DNA of 64,000 nucleotides from positions 1 through 64,000 of the forward strand of contig OZ253376.1 of NCBI GenBank assembly GCA_965261005.1. Reading direction: 5' to 3'. The notes beneath the pieces were generated by a model. That model had not been told where the DNA came from and ran no database searches. It was given only the letters and a program-made list of their open reading frames with translations. How positions within the stretch are numbered: position 1 is the stretch's first letter; each line of letters begins with the position of its first letter. The DNA is from Deinococcus sp. (GTDB taxonomy: Bacteria; Deinococcota; Deinococci; Deinococcales; Deinococcaceae). Both the position numbers and the translations under genes were made by a program. This document shows positions 1 to 10,461 of this stretch, one piece after another.

Positions 1-12
1 GTTCTCCTCTGC

Positions 13-1107
13 CTACTCCAGCTCCACGAAGCGCAAATCGAGTTCTGGCAGCCGCCGCGCGAAGTGCTCCAGCACATCCACCGCCCCCTCCAGGTCGCGG
101 GCGTCCAGCACCTCTACGGGGCTGTGGGTAAAGCGGTTGGCGACGGAGAGCGCGCCCGCCGGAAGGCCGTGCCCGATATGCTGCAAGGCGCCCGCATCGG
201 TGCCGATGCCCTTTAAAAGCTCGCGCTGAACTTCGAGGTTCGCGCGCTTTGCAGCTTCCAGCAGACCGCGCCGCACGGCGGGGTGGGCCAGCGTCGAGAA
301 GTCCATCACCTTGATGGCGGGTCCCGCGCCGAGCTGAAGGTGCCGCCCGCCCGTCTCGGGGGTGTCGTCGGCGGCGGTCATGTCGAGGGCCAGCGCCACG
401 TCCGCCGTTTGGGCGCGGGCGACGGCCTGGGCGCCGCGCAGCCCCACCTCCTCTTGCACGGTGAAGGCGGCAATCAGGGTGACGGGCGGCGGGGCGTCCC
501 GGTAACGCCCCAGCAGCGCGAGCAGCGCCGCGCAGCCGGCCCGGTCGTCGAGGGCGTGCGCGGTGTAGCGTCCGCTTTCCTTTCCCAGTTCGGTCAGCTC
601 GCCTACGAAGCCCACCGGGTCGCCAAGCTCCACGCCCATTCCGGCCACCTCGTCCGCCCCCCGCGCGCCGACGTCCACGTACAGCTCGGCGTACGGCGTG
701 ACCCGTCCCCGGTCGGCGTCACCCAGCAGGTGGGCGCTCTTGGTGCCGATCACGCCCAGCAGACGCCCCGCCTGTGTTCTGACCCACACCCGTTGGGCGG
801 GCAGGATGCGGTCGTCGGTGCCGCCGACCTTTTCGAGGCGCAAAAAGCCGTCCGGCGTGATCTGCCGCACCAAAAAGCCCACCTCGTCCAGATGGGCCGC
901 GATCAGCAGGCGGCGACTTCCCTGCGGCCCCTCCCGCACGGCGACGATGTTGCCAAAGGCGTCCACGCTGACCCGGTCGGCCACGCCCTGGGCCAGCCCG
1001 AACACGGCGTGCATCACGTCCTGCTCGGCGCCGCTGGGGCCGGTCAGGTTGACAAGTTGGCGCAGGTAGCTGATGACCAGGCTCTCTTCGTTCATGCGGC
1101 CCATCAT
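13..1107 (-). CDS. M42-family metallopeptidase (YsdC/FrvX-like)
   Basis: Motifs AHLDEVG, ALDDRAG, QEEVGLRGA, GTDAG and THSPVE; the real start may be ATG 1095. Confidence 0.9.
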   Translation of the reverse strand: MMGRMNEESLVISYLRQLVNLTGPSGAEQDVMHAVFGLAQGVADRVSVDAFGNIVAVREGPQGSRRLLIAAHLDEVGFLVRQITPDGFLRLEKVGGTDDRILPAQRVWVRTQAGRLLGVIGTKSAHLLGDADRGRVTPYAELYVDVGARGADEVAGMGVELGDPVGFVGELTELGKESGRYTAHALDDRAGCAALLALLGRYRDAPPPVTLIAAFTVQEEVGLRGAQAVARAQTADVALALDMTAADDTPETGGRHLQLGAGPAIKVMDFSTLAHPAVRRGLLEAAKRANLEVQRELLKGIGTDAGALQHIGHGLPAGALSVANRFTHSPVEVLDARDLEGAVDVLEHFARRLPELDLRFVELE

Positions 1108-1163
1108 AAAAGCTGGGCACCGAGGTTGGGCCGTACCAAGCTGAGCCGTGCCATGCTGGGCGC

Positions 1164-1940
1164 GTGACCACCTCTTCCCCGCCGCCCGTCGCCGTCATCA
1201 CCGGCGCCGCCCAAGGCATCGGCCGCCGAACCGCCGAGCTGTTCGCCCAGCACGGTTACGCCCTGATCCTCAACGACCTGCGTGAAGGTGAGACTTGGCA
1301 AGACCTGAGTACGCCCGTCGAGGTCGTGCTGGGCGACGTCAGCGCCGAGGATACCGCCGAGTGGCTCGCTGAGGTCGCCGTCTCGCGCTTCGGGCGGGTG
1401 GACGCGCTGGTCAACAATGCGGGAATCAGCAGCATCGCCCCCGCCGAGGAGACCAGCCCGGCGCAGTTTGGGCGGGTGTTGGCGGTGAACTTGCTGGGAC
1501 CGTTTTTGCTGTGCCGCGCTTTGGGGAAGATCATGCTGCGTCAGGGCGCGGGCAGCGTCGTGAACGTCGCCTCGGTCGCGGGTTTGCTGGGCGTCAGCGA
1601 CCGCGCGGCCTACAACGCCAGCAAGCACGGCCTGATCGGCCTGACCCGCACTTTGGCGGCCGAGTGGGGCGGGCGCGGGGTGCGGGTGAACGCCGTGTGC
1701 CCCGGCTGGGTCAGAACCGAGATGGACCAGCGCGACCTCGGCAGCGGCGCCTACACCAGCGCCGACATCGAGAGGCGGGTGCCGATGGGCCGCTTCGCCA
1801 CGCCGGACGACGTCGCGCGGGCCATCCTTTACCTGGCCGATCCGCAGGCCAGCCCCTTTGTCAACGGGCACGCCCTCAGCGTGGACGGCGGCTGGGCCAG
1901 CGACGGCAGCTGGGACAGCTTGCGGCTCAGCAAGCGCTGA
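1164..1940 (+). CDS. Short-chain dehydrogenase/reductase (SDR)
   Basis: TGAAQGIG, NNAG and YNASK motifs. Confidence 0.93.
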   Translation: MTTSSPPPVAVITGAAQGIGRRTAELFAQHGYALILNDLREGETWQDLSTPVEVVLGDVSAEDTAEWLAEVAVSRFGRVDALVNNAGISSIAPAEETSPAQFGRVLAVNLLGPFLLCRALGKIMLRQGAGSVVNVASVAGLLGVSDRAAYNASKHGLIGLTRTLAAEWGGRGVRVNAVCPGWVRTEMDQRDLGSGAYTSADIERRVPMGRFATPDDVARAILYLADPQASPFVNGHALSVDGGWASDGSWDSLRLSKR

Positions 1941-1955
1941 GTCTTCCTCGGCGCT

Positions 1956-4427
1956 TTATGGTGATGGCCGCCGCCCGTTCACATCGGCGCCGTAGCCGCT
2001 GTACAGCGGGATCACGCGCTCCGCGTTGTCCGGCCCCCCCTGCCGCCCGTAGGTGGCGACGCGCGGCAAGTCGCGGGTGACGCCGCCGCGCGTTTCGCGC
2101 ACGTAGACGGCGTGGTCGGCGAAGGCCGGGGCGTGGTAGAGCGAGGTCGTCACGCTCAGCGACGCGCTCGACTCGTTCACGATGTAGGCCGGACTGCTGC
2201 CCGGCACGCGCTGCCCGCCCAGGTAGTTGTAGCCGCCCAGCAGCTCACTTTGGCCGCCGTTCTTGGTCTCCAAAAAGGGACCCTGTCCCTCGGTCTTCAT
2301 GCCCAGAATCCACAGCGTTCCGCCGTTGTTGGTCGCCAGGGTGACGTTGGGGGACGCCTCGGGGTTGAACTGCCGCGCCCACACCTCCTGCTTGGTGAAT
2401 TCCCAGTGGGCGGCGGGGCCGCTGCTGTCGTGCGCGGTGGAGTCAATGTCGAGCAGGAACAGCGGCCCCGCCCCCGGCACGTTGCGGTAGGCGCCGTTCC
2501 GGCTGCCCCAAATCAGGCCGTGCGCGATCACCAGCGGTTTCTTGGAGGCGTCCTCGATGGCGACCGCCCCGTAGGGACCGTCCCCGCCGAAGTTGAAGCG
2601 CTCGAAGACGACCGCCTCGACGCCCTCCGCCGGTGTCTCAAAGCGGAACATGGCCTTGGGGCGGTCGCGGTTCGTGAAGGCGCTGTTCTTGGTGGCCGAA
2701 ACGTTCGAGAACATGCCGATCAGGTGGCGAATGGTGCCGCGCACGACCACGCTGTCGCGCAGGTGGTAGTCCCCCGGCGGAAAGTAGACGGTCGTCTTGC
2801 CGGGGTCGTCAATGGCGCGCTGGATGGCGTCAGTGTCGTCGCCGGGGGGGTCGCCGGGCCGGCGGTAATCCGCGACGTTGGCCCAGCGCGACAGGTCGTT
2901 GTCCCACGTCTCCGGCACCTCGCGCACCGGCAAGTTGAGGGTGCGCGGCGGGCTGGGAAAGCTGCTCAGCGCCGGGGCCGACATCCACTCGGTGTGCTGG
3001 GCGCCGGCGACGTCGCGGCCGTGGTCGCGGATGGCGACGCGGTAGCCCTGCGTGGCCAGGTTGCGGACCAGCAGGCTGCCCACGTTCTCGACGGCCGCGC
3101 CCCCGCCGCCGCCGCTCAGCTGGGCGTCAATCAGGGTGACCATGCCGCTGGCGTCGGTGTTCTGCACCGCCGGCGCGCGGTTGCGGCTGGTCAGCCCCCG
3201 CAGCGTGAGAACGTTGTGGTTGTTGCGCAGCCCGGCAACGCGCTGGCCGCTGAGGCTGACGTTCTCGAAGACCATCGAGTATTGGCTGCGCGCGACGTCG
3301 ATGCCGACGTCGAAGCCCTCGACGCTCACGTTGCGAATCAAAGCGGGACCGGGCCACGGGCGGGTCATGGCGACGCCGGCCGCGCCAAGGCCGTCGCCGG
3401 ACCGGACGGTGACGTTGTGCAAGCTGCCGGTGTTGCTGGCGAGAAAGTCCACCCCGACGGCGCCGGGGTTGCCGCTGCCGGTGTCCACGGTGAGATCGAA
3501 GACGTTATTTTCAAAAGCTTGGTTGCCGCCGCCCGTGTTCGCGTCGGCCGGATTCTGCGAGGCGGTCAGCAGCACGCCTCTCGGCGCGCCGGCGAAGCCT
3601 GGGCAGCGGTCTTTCAGCTTGATCACCGTGCCGCTCCGGCTCTGCCCCTGCAAGGTGCGAAAGGCGCGCCAAGCGCCGCCCCGGTCTTGCCACCTGAGGG
3701 TATTGCACACCAGGTAGGTGCCGTTTGGCAGGTAGACGGTGCCCGCCGTGTCGCTGAGGGCGCCCTGAATGGCGTCGGTGTCGTCGCTGACGCCGTCGCC
3801 CCTCGCGCCGTACACTGTCTTGACGTTCACCGCGCCGGAGTCCGGCGGAAACAGCTTGTCGTCGGGGCCGGCGGCGATCAGCTCATTCGTGGCCGCGACC
3901 TGAAAGGCCCAGCGCTGCGAGCAGTCGCCGTTGTCGGCGGACAGCCCCACGTCGCCGCTCGGCTTGTTGCCGCCCGCCGCGCTCAGCCGCCGATTCGGGG
4001 CGCTGCGGGGGGACAGCTTGAAGACGCCGCTTCCCAGCGCGATCAACCGCCACTGCTGCGTGTCCGCGCCGCTCAGCTGGGCTTGCTGCGCGCCCGCGCC
4101 GTCCGCCGCGGCCAGCGCCTTGCCGCTGTGCTGGGCGGTCAGGCGGTTGTAGCCGCCGCTCAGCTCCTGAAACTGCCAGCGCTGGTTGGGGATGTGAACG
4201 TTGCGCCCCAGGTTGACGCTTGCGCCGTCTACCTGGGCCTTTTGGGCGACTTGCAGCGCCCCGTCGCCGCAGAGGTTGCGCAGCTCGTAGACGCCGCCGG
4301 ATTGGGGCGCGGAGACCGCTTGGGGCCGTATGGGCAAGGCGGAGGGCCGCACCGGCGTCTGCGTTGGGGCGCAGGCCGCGAGCAAGATGAAGGGAAGGAC
4401 CGAACGCGCGCGCCGGACTGAAGGCAT
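1956..4427 (-). CDS. Lipoprotein: ricin-B lectin domain plus two Pectate_lyase_3-type beta-helix regions (GH55-like glycoside hydrolase)
   Basis: Lipobox LLAAC; QxW repeats (NQRW, TQQW, SQRW); GARGDGVSDDTDAIQ...VYLPNGTYL and DDTDAIQRAI...VYFPPGDY motifs. Confidence 0.8.
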   Translation of the reverse strand: MPSVRRARSVLPFILLAACAPTQTPVRPSALPIRPQAVSAPQSGGVYELRNLCGDGALQVAQKAQVDGASVNLGRNVHIPNQRWQFQELSGGYNRLTAQHSGKALAAADGAGAQQAQLSGADTQQWRLIALGSGVFKLSPRSAPNRRLSAAGGNKPSGDVGLSADNGDCSQRWAFQVAATNELIAAGPDDKLFPPDSGAVNVKTVYGARGDGVSDDTDAIQGALSDTAGTVYLPNGTYLVCNTLRWQDRGGAWRAFRTLQGQSRSGTVIKLKDRCPGFAGAPRGVLLTASQNPADANTGGGNQAFENNVFDLTVDTGSGNPGAVGVDFLASNTGSLHNVTVRSGDGLGAAGVAMTRPWPGPALIRNVSVEGFDVGIDVARSQYSMVFENVSLSGQRVAGLRNNHNVLTLRGLTSRNRAPAVQNTDASGMVTLIDAQLSGGGGGAAVENVGSLLVRNLATQGYRVAIRDHGRDVAGAQHTEWMSAPALSSFPSPPRTLNLPVREVPETWDNDLSRWANVADYRRPGDPPGDDTDAIQRAIDDPGKTTVYFPPGDYHLRDSVVVRGTIRHLIGMFSNVSATKNSAFTNRDRPKAMFRFETPAEGVEAVVFERFNFGGDGPYGAVAIEDASKKPLVIAHGLIWGSRNGAYRNVPGAGPLFLLDIDSTAHDSSGPAAHWEFTKQEVWARQFNPEASPNVTLATNNGGTLWILGMKTEGQGPFLETKNGGQSELLGGYNYLGGQRVPGSSPAYIVNESSASLSVTTSLYHAPAFADHAVYVRETRGGVTRDLPRVATYGRQGGPDNAERVIPLYSGYGADVNGRRPSP

Positions 4428-4517
4428 GCTCCATCCTGAAGCCTGGGGGCGTGGGTGTCGTGAGGGATTGGGGCGGCGGGCCGGTATGCCCAGGCCAGCA
4501 CGCTCAGGCCGGTACGC

Positions 4518-5387
<870 letters not shown>

Positions 5388-5599
5388 ATCCTAGAATATA
5401 TAAAATTAAGTTTCCAGAAAATGAGTATGTAAGTTCTTTTAATACTTAGCCTTGGCAAGGGCACTGGCTCGTCAACTCGCTTGAGAGTACAAAGCAGCTG
5501 GGCCTAACAAAATCACTTCCCCGTTATATATATTCTTAGCCACCCTTCTCCTTATGGTCCTGCCCGATGTGCAGGGCGCCCTTGACCCGCTCCACCCCC

Positions 5600-5916
5600 A
5601 AGGAGAACGTCTAGCACGACACCGTGTTCATCCACGGCCCGCCATAGCCACTGCTTGACCTCACCGACGTCAAGACAAAGCTCGTCCAGGTGCCACCGGG
5701 AACCCCAATAAGGTTCCCGGTGGCACCTGGAGCGAAAGGGACACTGAACTTGATGTACCAGGTTCACATAGTCTTACAGGTGATGGCAGCGCCTCGTTCT
5801 AGCAGCAGTCCTTCGACATCTCGGTAACTCAGGGTGAAGCGGTGGTACAACCACACCACGCAGCCAGTGACCGCGAGAGGAAACCGGTACCCAGAAAACT
5901 TCTGATTGCCACAACC
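5600..5916 (-). pseudogene. IS6-family transposase remnant (N-terminal part, disrupted)
   Basis: GYRFPLAVTGCVVWLYHRFTLSYRDVEGLLLERG and WHLDE...WLWRAVDEHGVVLDVLL lie in different frames. Confidence 0.85.
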
Positions 5917-5924
5917 TGTGAGGA

Positions 5925-7451
5925 TCACTCGAAAAACTTCAAGCTCCAGCCCGTATTGCTGTTGGGGCCGCCACAACAGCTGCGCGAGTAGGTGGTGTTG
6001 CCCCACCATACAAACGAACCGCTGTACCAAACACGTTTGTCCCAACCATAAGGTGTGCCGTTGGGTACCGCGTGGAACATGAAAGGGAAACGTGGTCCGG
6101 CGGGTGGACTGGTGGCCGGATCGCCATTGAGCAGGACAAAGCTGTGATGCCCAGGACCTTGGACGTTCAAGGTGGGGTCCCAGCCCGGCATCATCTGGCT
6201 GCGCTTGGAGCCGAATAAGCAACCGTTGGACTTGTACCAGGCCCACACGTTGGTCGGGTCACCCCCCGCGCTCAACCGCAAATCCGCCAAGCAGTAGTTG
6301 GGCGTCCAGCTTCCGTGGGCGGAGTACACGATGTGCAGCTGCCCGCTTGGGTCGATGATGGCTTCTGGCGACTCGTTGATTCCGTCCGACCTCTCCCACA
6401 CCTCGCGAGGCTGCGAAATGATGAAGCGGGAACCGGTGGCGGCGCTCGGGCTGCTCATGCGCGCGATGTAAAGGTTCTGCTCGCCGGCGCCGTTCGCCCA
6501 GCCCGACCACACGAAGTAGCGCGTGTTGTTGAAGAAAAAGGCGGTGCCGTCAATGGCCCAGCGGTCGTCTGGAAGGCTGACCCGTTTGGGCGCGCCGTAG
6601 CCGCTGCCAGGGCTGTTCGACTCGGCCACGTACATCCGGTGTTCCTCATTGGTGTTGCCCGAGGCGAAGTAGATGGAAAAGCGGCCGGTGCCCGGGTCCC
6701 GGATCAGCTCGGGCGCCCACAGGTTGGGCATGCCCTGAACGCCGCCAGTTGTTCCGGCGACGAGCGCCTGCCAGGTCTGCGGCCCTACCTCGCCGTCCAC
6801 GGTGAGGCCGTGGTCCTGTTGAAACTTCCTGACCGCCGCGTCGGTGATCGGGCCGAAGTCGCCCCCCACCGGGCTGTGCAACTCCGTCTGCGCCGCCTTG
6901 ACGGCGTTCCCGTGGTCGCCCAACTTCACCGATAGGATCAGTCTGCTCCAGGTGTTCGGTCCCACCACCCCGTCCGCCGCAAGGCCCCGCAAGGCTTGAA
7001 ACCGCTTCACCGCCGCCGTCGTGGCCGGCCCGAAGTCCCCGTCCACCGCCAAGCCGTAGCCCCGAGCGTTCAGCAGGTACTGCACCGCGCGAATGTCGTT
7101 CGCTTCCCCTTGGTGGGCCTTGACAACCGGCCAGGGATTGGGCGTCTGTTGCCCCGGGGCGGCCCAAATCAACGTCGACGGGGACTGGGCCAAGCCTTCA
7201 AGGCTGGTCGCCGAGCGCGAATAGATATTGCTGCCGTTGGATTGCACCGAGTAGTAGATGGCGCCCACCCGAATCACGCTCGGATCGGCGCCGGGGAAAA
7301 GCGCTTGTCCCTGGGCGCTTAAGCTCGGCCCGGGCTGGCGCCCTACGGCGGTTGTGGCCGTGGCGGTTGCGGGCGGTGACCCGGCCTGCGAGCAGGACAA
7401 AATCACCAAGGGAAACAGCAGCAAACCGAGAACGGCATGAACTTTGGGCAT
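5925..7451 (-). CDS. Lipoprotein GH43 glycoside hydrolase with two PG-binding domains inserted in the catalytic domain
   Basis: Lipobox ILSC; GADPSV, WAPEL, WAIDG, INESP and GPGH GH43 motifs; DGDFGP/DGVVGP repeats between ADPSV and WAPEL; GGAG RBS before ATG 7451. Confidence 0.85.
   Translation of the reverse strand: MPKVHAVLGLLLFPLVILSCSQAGSPPATATATTAVGRQPGPSLSAQGQALFPGADPSVIRVGAIYYSVQSNGSNIYSRSATSLEGLAQSPSTLIWAAPGQQTPNPWPVVKAHQGEANDIRAVQYLLNARGYGLAVDGDFGPATTAAVKRFQALRGLAADGVVGPNTWSRLILSVKLGDHGNAVKAAQTELHSPVGGDFGPITDAAVRKFQQDHGLTVDGEVGPQTWQALVAGTTGGVQGMPNLWAPELIRDPGTGRFSIYFASGNTNEEHRMYVAESNSPGSGYGAPKRVSLPDDRWAIDGTAFFFNNTRYFVWSGWANGAGEQNLYIARMSSPSAATGSRFIISQPREVWERSDGINESPEAIIDPSGQLHIVYSAHGSWTPNYCLADLRLSAGGDPTNVWAWYKSNGCLFGSKRSQMMPGWDPTLNVQGPGHHSFVLLNGDPATSPPAGPRFPFMFHAVPNGTPYGWDKRVWYSGSFVWWGNTTYSRSCCGGPNSNTGWSLKFFE
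6741..7135 (-). repeat. 395-bp double PG-binding cassette, copy 1
   Basis: Near-identical to 8276-8670 and 9655-10049. Confidence 0.95.
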
Positions 7452-7552
7452 CGGGTTCTCCAAAAAAGTGCGGCGCGTGATTTCCAGACATTTCCGAACC
7501 TCATCAGAAATGTTTCGAGCGGGAGGCCAGGCTTGCTCAAGCGGGCAGGCCC

Positions 7553-7688
7553 CATACGGGTGCCGTTCTGCCCAAGAGAGCGGGTCCGTTTTGGCCGAAG
7601 AGCGAGTGGGAAGAACATAGGGGTTTCGCGGTATGGAGTACAGGCGAGTGCTGTTCTCGCCTGTACGGAATGAAACGGAATCCGTATG
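7553..7688 (+). repeat. Deinococcus SRE-like miniature inverted-repeat element
   Basis: Terminal IR CATACGGGTGCCGTT...AACGGAATCCGTATG; internal similarity to 45416-45552. Confidence 0.7.
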
Positions 7689-7813
7689 AGCGGGCGCCCG
7701 GCGAGAGGGTGGCCTAAAGGTTCGAGGTTGCGCCTGTCCCGTGATGAACGTCAGTTGACCAGCGCTTTTTAAGTGTTCGGCCCTGTGTGAGGATCAGCGC
7801 GGGTGATGACGGC

Positions 7814-8839
7814 CTACAGACCGTTGCGGCGCAGGAAGTGCCAGCTGGGGTGGCTGTATTCCATAATTTTCCAAGCGCCGTTGACGAATCTCAGGGTCAA
7901 CGGTCTCGCGACCGTGCCCGTACTGGTGCCCTGTTCCTGGTAGGACATGAAGACATGGTTCGCTTGGTCAATCCACCTCACGAACAGAACGACGTGGTTC
8001 GCGGCGCCCGTCGCGCCGCCTGCGGCGCTGCTGTCAATGGCGTCGCCCGGCTGAAGGTCGTTCACGTTGCTGAACCCATACCCGTAATTCCAGAGGGAGG
8101 ACGTGTTGGCGCTGGTCGGCAGACTCCACGCCATGCTGATAAAGCCCGAGCAATCTGTTCGGTAATTTTCGAAATATCTGCTCATGCTGTACCGGACGTT
8201 GAGGTCCACCCAGTGCTTGCCGCGCGCCACAATGGTCGCCCGGTCGCCGCTGGCGGCTGGGGGCAGGGGCGTGGTGCCGCCAGTTGTTCCGGCGACGAGC
8301 GCCTGCCAGGTCTGCGGCCCTACCTCGCCGTCCACGGTGAGGCCGTGGTCCTGTTGAAACTTCCTGACCGCCGCGTCGGTGATCGGGCCGAAGTCGCCCC
8401 CCACCGGGCTGTGCAACTCCGTCTGCGCCGCCTTGACGGCGTCCCCGTGGTCGCCCAACTTCACCGATAGGATCAGTCTGCTCCAGGTGTTCGGTCCCAC
8501 CACCCCGTCCGCCGCAAGGCCCCGCAAGGCTTGAAACCGCTTCACCGCCGCCGTCGTGGCCGGCCCGAAGTCCCCGTCCACCGCCAAGCCGTAGCCCCGA
8601 GCGTTCAGCAGGTACTGCACCGCGCGAATGTCGTTCGCTTCCCCTTGGTGGGCCTTGACAACCGGCCAGGTGCTCAGCGCCTGCGCCGTCACAACCGCCG
8701 CGCTTTCGGGGGCGACGTCGGTCACCGTAGTCGTGTCCGCCGCTACAGCGTCCGTCACAGAAGCGCTCGGCACGCTGGGAGCTTGACCGCAGGCCGCGAT
8801 CAACAGAGCAGAGAATCCAAGAAGCCAGAACTTTTTCAT
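7814..8839 (-). CDS. Lipoprotein: 2x PG-binding domains plus NlpC/P60-like cysteine peptidase
   Basis: Lipobox LIAAC; YRTDCSGF, LQPGD and HVVLF motifs. Confidence 0.85.
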   Translation of the reverse strand: MKKFWLLGFSALLIAACGQAPSVPSASVTDAVAADTTTVTDVAPESAAVVTAQALSTWPVVKAHQGEANDIRAVQYLLNARGYGLAVDGDFGPATTAAVKRFQALRGLAADGVVGPNTWSRLILSVKLGDHGDAVKAAQTELHSPVGGDFGPITDAAVRKFQQDHGLTVDGEVGPQTWQALVAGTTGGTTPLPPAASGDRATIVARGKHWVDLNVRYSMSRYFENYRTDCSGFISMAWSLPTSANTSSLWNYGYGFSNVNDLQPGDAIDSSAAGGATGAANHVVLFVRWIDQANHVFMSYQEQGTSTGTVARPLTLRFVNGAWKIMEYSHPSWHFLRRNGL

Positions 8840-8864
8840 AGCAGCCTCGTTCTTCAAAACAGTA
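8236..8864 (-). repeat. 629-bp direct repeat (RBS, signal peptide, PG-binding cassette, linker), partner at 9615-10243
   Basis: Ungapped near-identity at offset 1379. Confidence 0.95.
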
Positions 8865-8932
8865 GGGTTTAGGGAGAGCCTGGGTGTGAAGGTTTGAAGT
8901 TGATCTTGGCTCGTCCCCGCTCGTGACGGGCG

Positions 8933-9082
8933 TCAATTGATCAGCGCCCGCCAAGTGTCCGGCCCCACCAGGCCGTCCGCGCTGAGCTTGCGGGCCGTTT
9001 GAAAGGCGCGCACCGCTCGCTCAGTCAGGTCGCCGGAATCGCCGTCCACCTTGAGAGGTTGCCCGTGGGCGTTCAGGGCGCT
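8933..9082 (-). pseudogene. Orphan PG-binding domain fragment (3' end of a lost gene)
   Basis: Manual translation [49 protein letters not shown], with no start codon. Confidence 0.75.
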
Positions 9083-9177
9083 TTATTCAGAGGACGTTCG
9101 GGGCAACGTTCACACATCGGGTCTCCAAAGATGAGAGGGGCGTGGGGGCGAGGCATAGCTCCACCCCCACATGGCTG

Positions 9178-10218
9178 TCAGCGCGGCCAGCCGCAGTGGA
9201 CGTGGGTGCTGTGGCCGGCGGCGCCAGGGCCGAGCACCTCGTTCGCTCCCGCGTTGCGGCAAAGCTGCATGAAGCTGCGGAAGTAGGGGTTGCCCGAGTT
9301 CACAGCCCGCCCACCAATGGTATCCACGTCAAAGGCCAGACCGGCATAGTGACGCGAGCCGGCGCTGTGCGATCCGCCGGCGATGGTCGTCACACGCATG
9401 CCGTAGGTATTCGAGATGGTGAGCATACCCCGCAGCATGCGGCTGTCCAAGTACACCCAGCCGCCCGGCGCGGTGCCATAGCTGCTGCGCCGCGCCGCGC
9501 CGCCTGTCGCCGTGTCGCGAATGTTGCTGCGCGCGTCGGCGCCGTCGTTGACGCCGGACACTTGTATGGTGTAGAGACTGATTTTGCTGCTGCCGAGAAT
9601 CTGCTGCGCCAAGCTCGCCCGGTCGCCGCTGGCGGCTGGAGGTGGGGGCGTGGTGCCGCCAGTTGTCCCGGCGACGAGCGCCTGCCAGGTCTGCGGCCCT
9701 ACCTCGCCGTCCACGGTGAGGCCGTGGTCCTGTTGAAACTTCCTGACCGCCGCGTCGGTGATCGGGCCGAAGTCGCCCCCCACCGGGCTGTGCAACTCCG
9801 TCTGCGCCGCCTTGACGGCGTCCCCGTGGTCGCCCAACTTCACCGATAGGATCAGTCTGCTCCAGGTGTTCGGTCCCACCACCCCGTCCGCCGCAAGGCC
9901 CCGCAAGGCTTGAAACCGCTTCACCGCCGCCGTCGTGGCCGGCCCGAAGTCCCCGTCCACCGCCAAGCCGTAGCCCCGAGCGTTCAGCAGGTACTGCACC
10001 GCGCGAATGTCGTTCGCTTCCCCTTGGTGGGCCTTGACAACCGGCCAGGCGCTCAGCGCCTGCGCCGTCACAACCGCCGCGCTTTCGGGGGCGACGTCGG
10101 TCACCGTAGTCGTGTCCGCCGCTACAGCGTCCGTCACAGAAGCGCTCGGCACGCTGGGAGCTTGACCGCAGGCCGCGATCAACAGAGCAGAGAATCCAAG
10201 AAGCCAGAACTTTTTCAT
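9178..10218 (-). CDS. Lipoprotein: 2x PG-binding domains plus M15/LAS-type Zn peptidase
   Basis: Same N-terminus as the 7814-8839 gene; SRHYAGLAFD and HVH Zn-ligand motifs. Confidence 0.82.
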   Translation of the reverse strand: MKKFWLLGFSALLIAACGQAPSVPSASVTDAVAADTTTVTDVAPESAAVVTAQALSAWPVVKAHQGEANDIRAVQYLLNARGYGLAVDGDFGPATTAAVKRFQALRGLAADGVVGPNTWSRLILSVKLGDHGDAVKAAQTELHSPVGGDFGPITDAAVRKFQQDHGLTVDGEVGPQTWQALVAGTTGGTTPPPPAASGDRASLAQQILGSSKISLYTIQVSGVNDGADARSNIRDTATGGAARRSSYGTAPGGWVYLDSRMLRGMLTISNTYGMRVTTIAGGSHSAGSRHYAGLAFDVDTIGGRAVNSGNPYFRSFMQLCRNAGANEVLGPGAAGHSTHVHCGWPR

Positions 10219-10243
10219 AGCAGCCTCGTTCTTCAAAACAGTA
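9615..10243 (-). repeat. 629-bp direct repeat, second copy
   Basis: Near-identical to 8236-8864. Confidence 0.95.
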
Positions 10244-10439
10244 AGATCTGCTGAAGGGGAAGTTTCCCCAGTTGACGTGGTGCCTACCATGTGGCCCTGC
10301 GAAGGAACAAACGGAGCTTACGTTTGTTGCTGGCCACCAATATGCCTCCTGCATAAACAAAGTACGGGCGAGCGTGCCGAGTTAACATCCCGCCGTGACG
10401 GGTCAGTTACTTTTGAAAAGCAAAGAGAGGTGGGGCCGG

Positions 10440-10461
10440 AGACCACGGCATGCCGTGGTCT
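10440..10461. promoter_or_regulatory. Perfect 22-bp palindrome (hairpin or operator)
   Basis: AGACCACGGCATGCCGTGGTCT abuts the stop codon of the 505-aa gene. Confidence 0.5.

Noticed and set aside
2112..4421. Long antisense ORFs (also 16417-17871, 31174-33171, 53566-55677 and others)
   Set aside because: They shadow real genes in high-GC DNA and carry no family motifs
6741..10243. Diversity-generating retroelement or CRISPR explanation for the repeats
   Set aside because: No reverse transcriptase or cas genes; the repeats are long, coding and almost invariant
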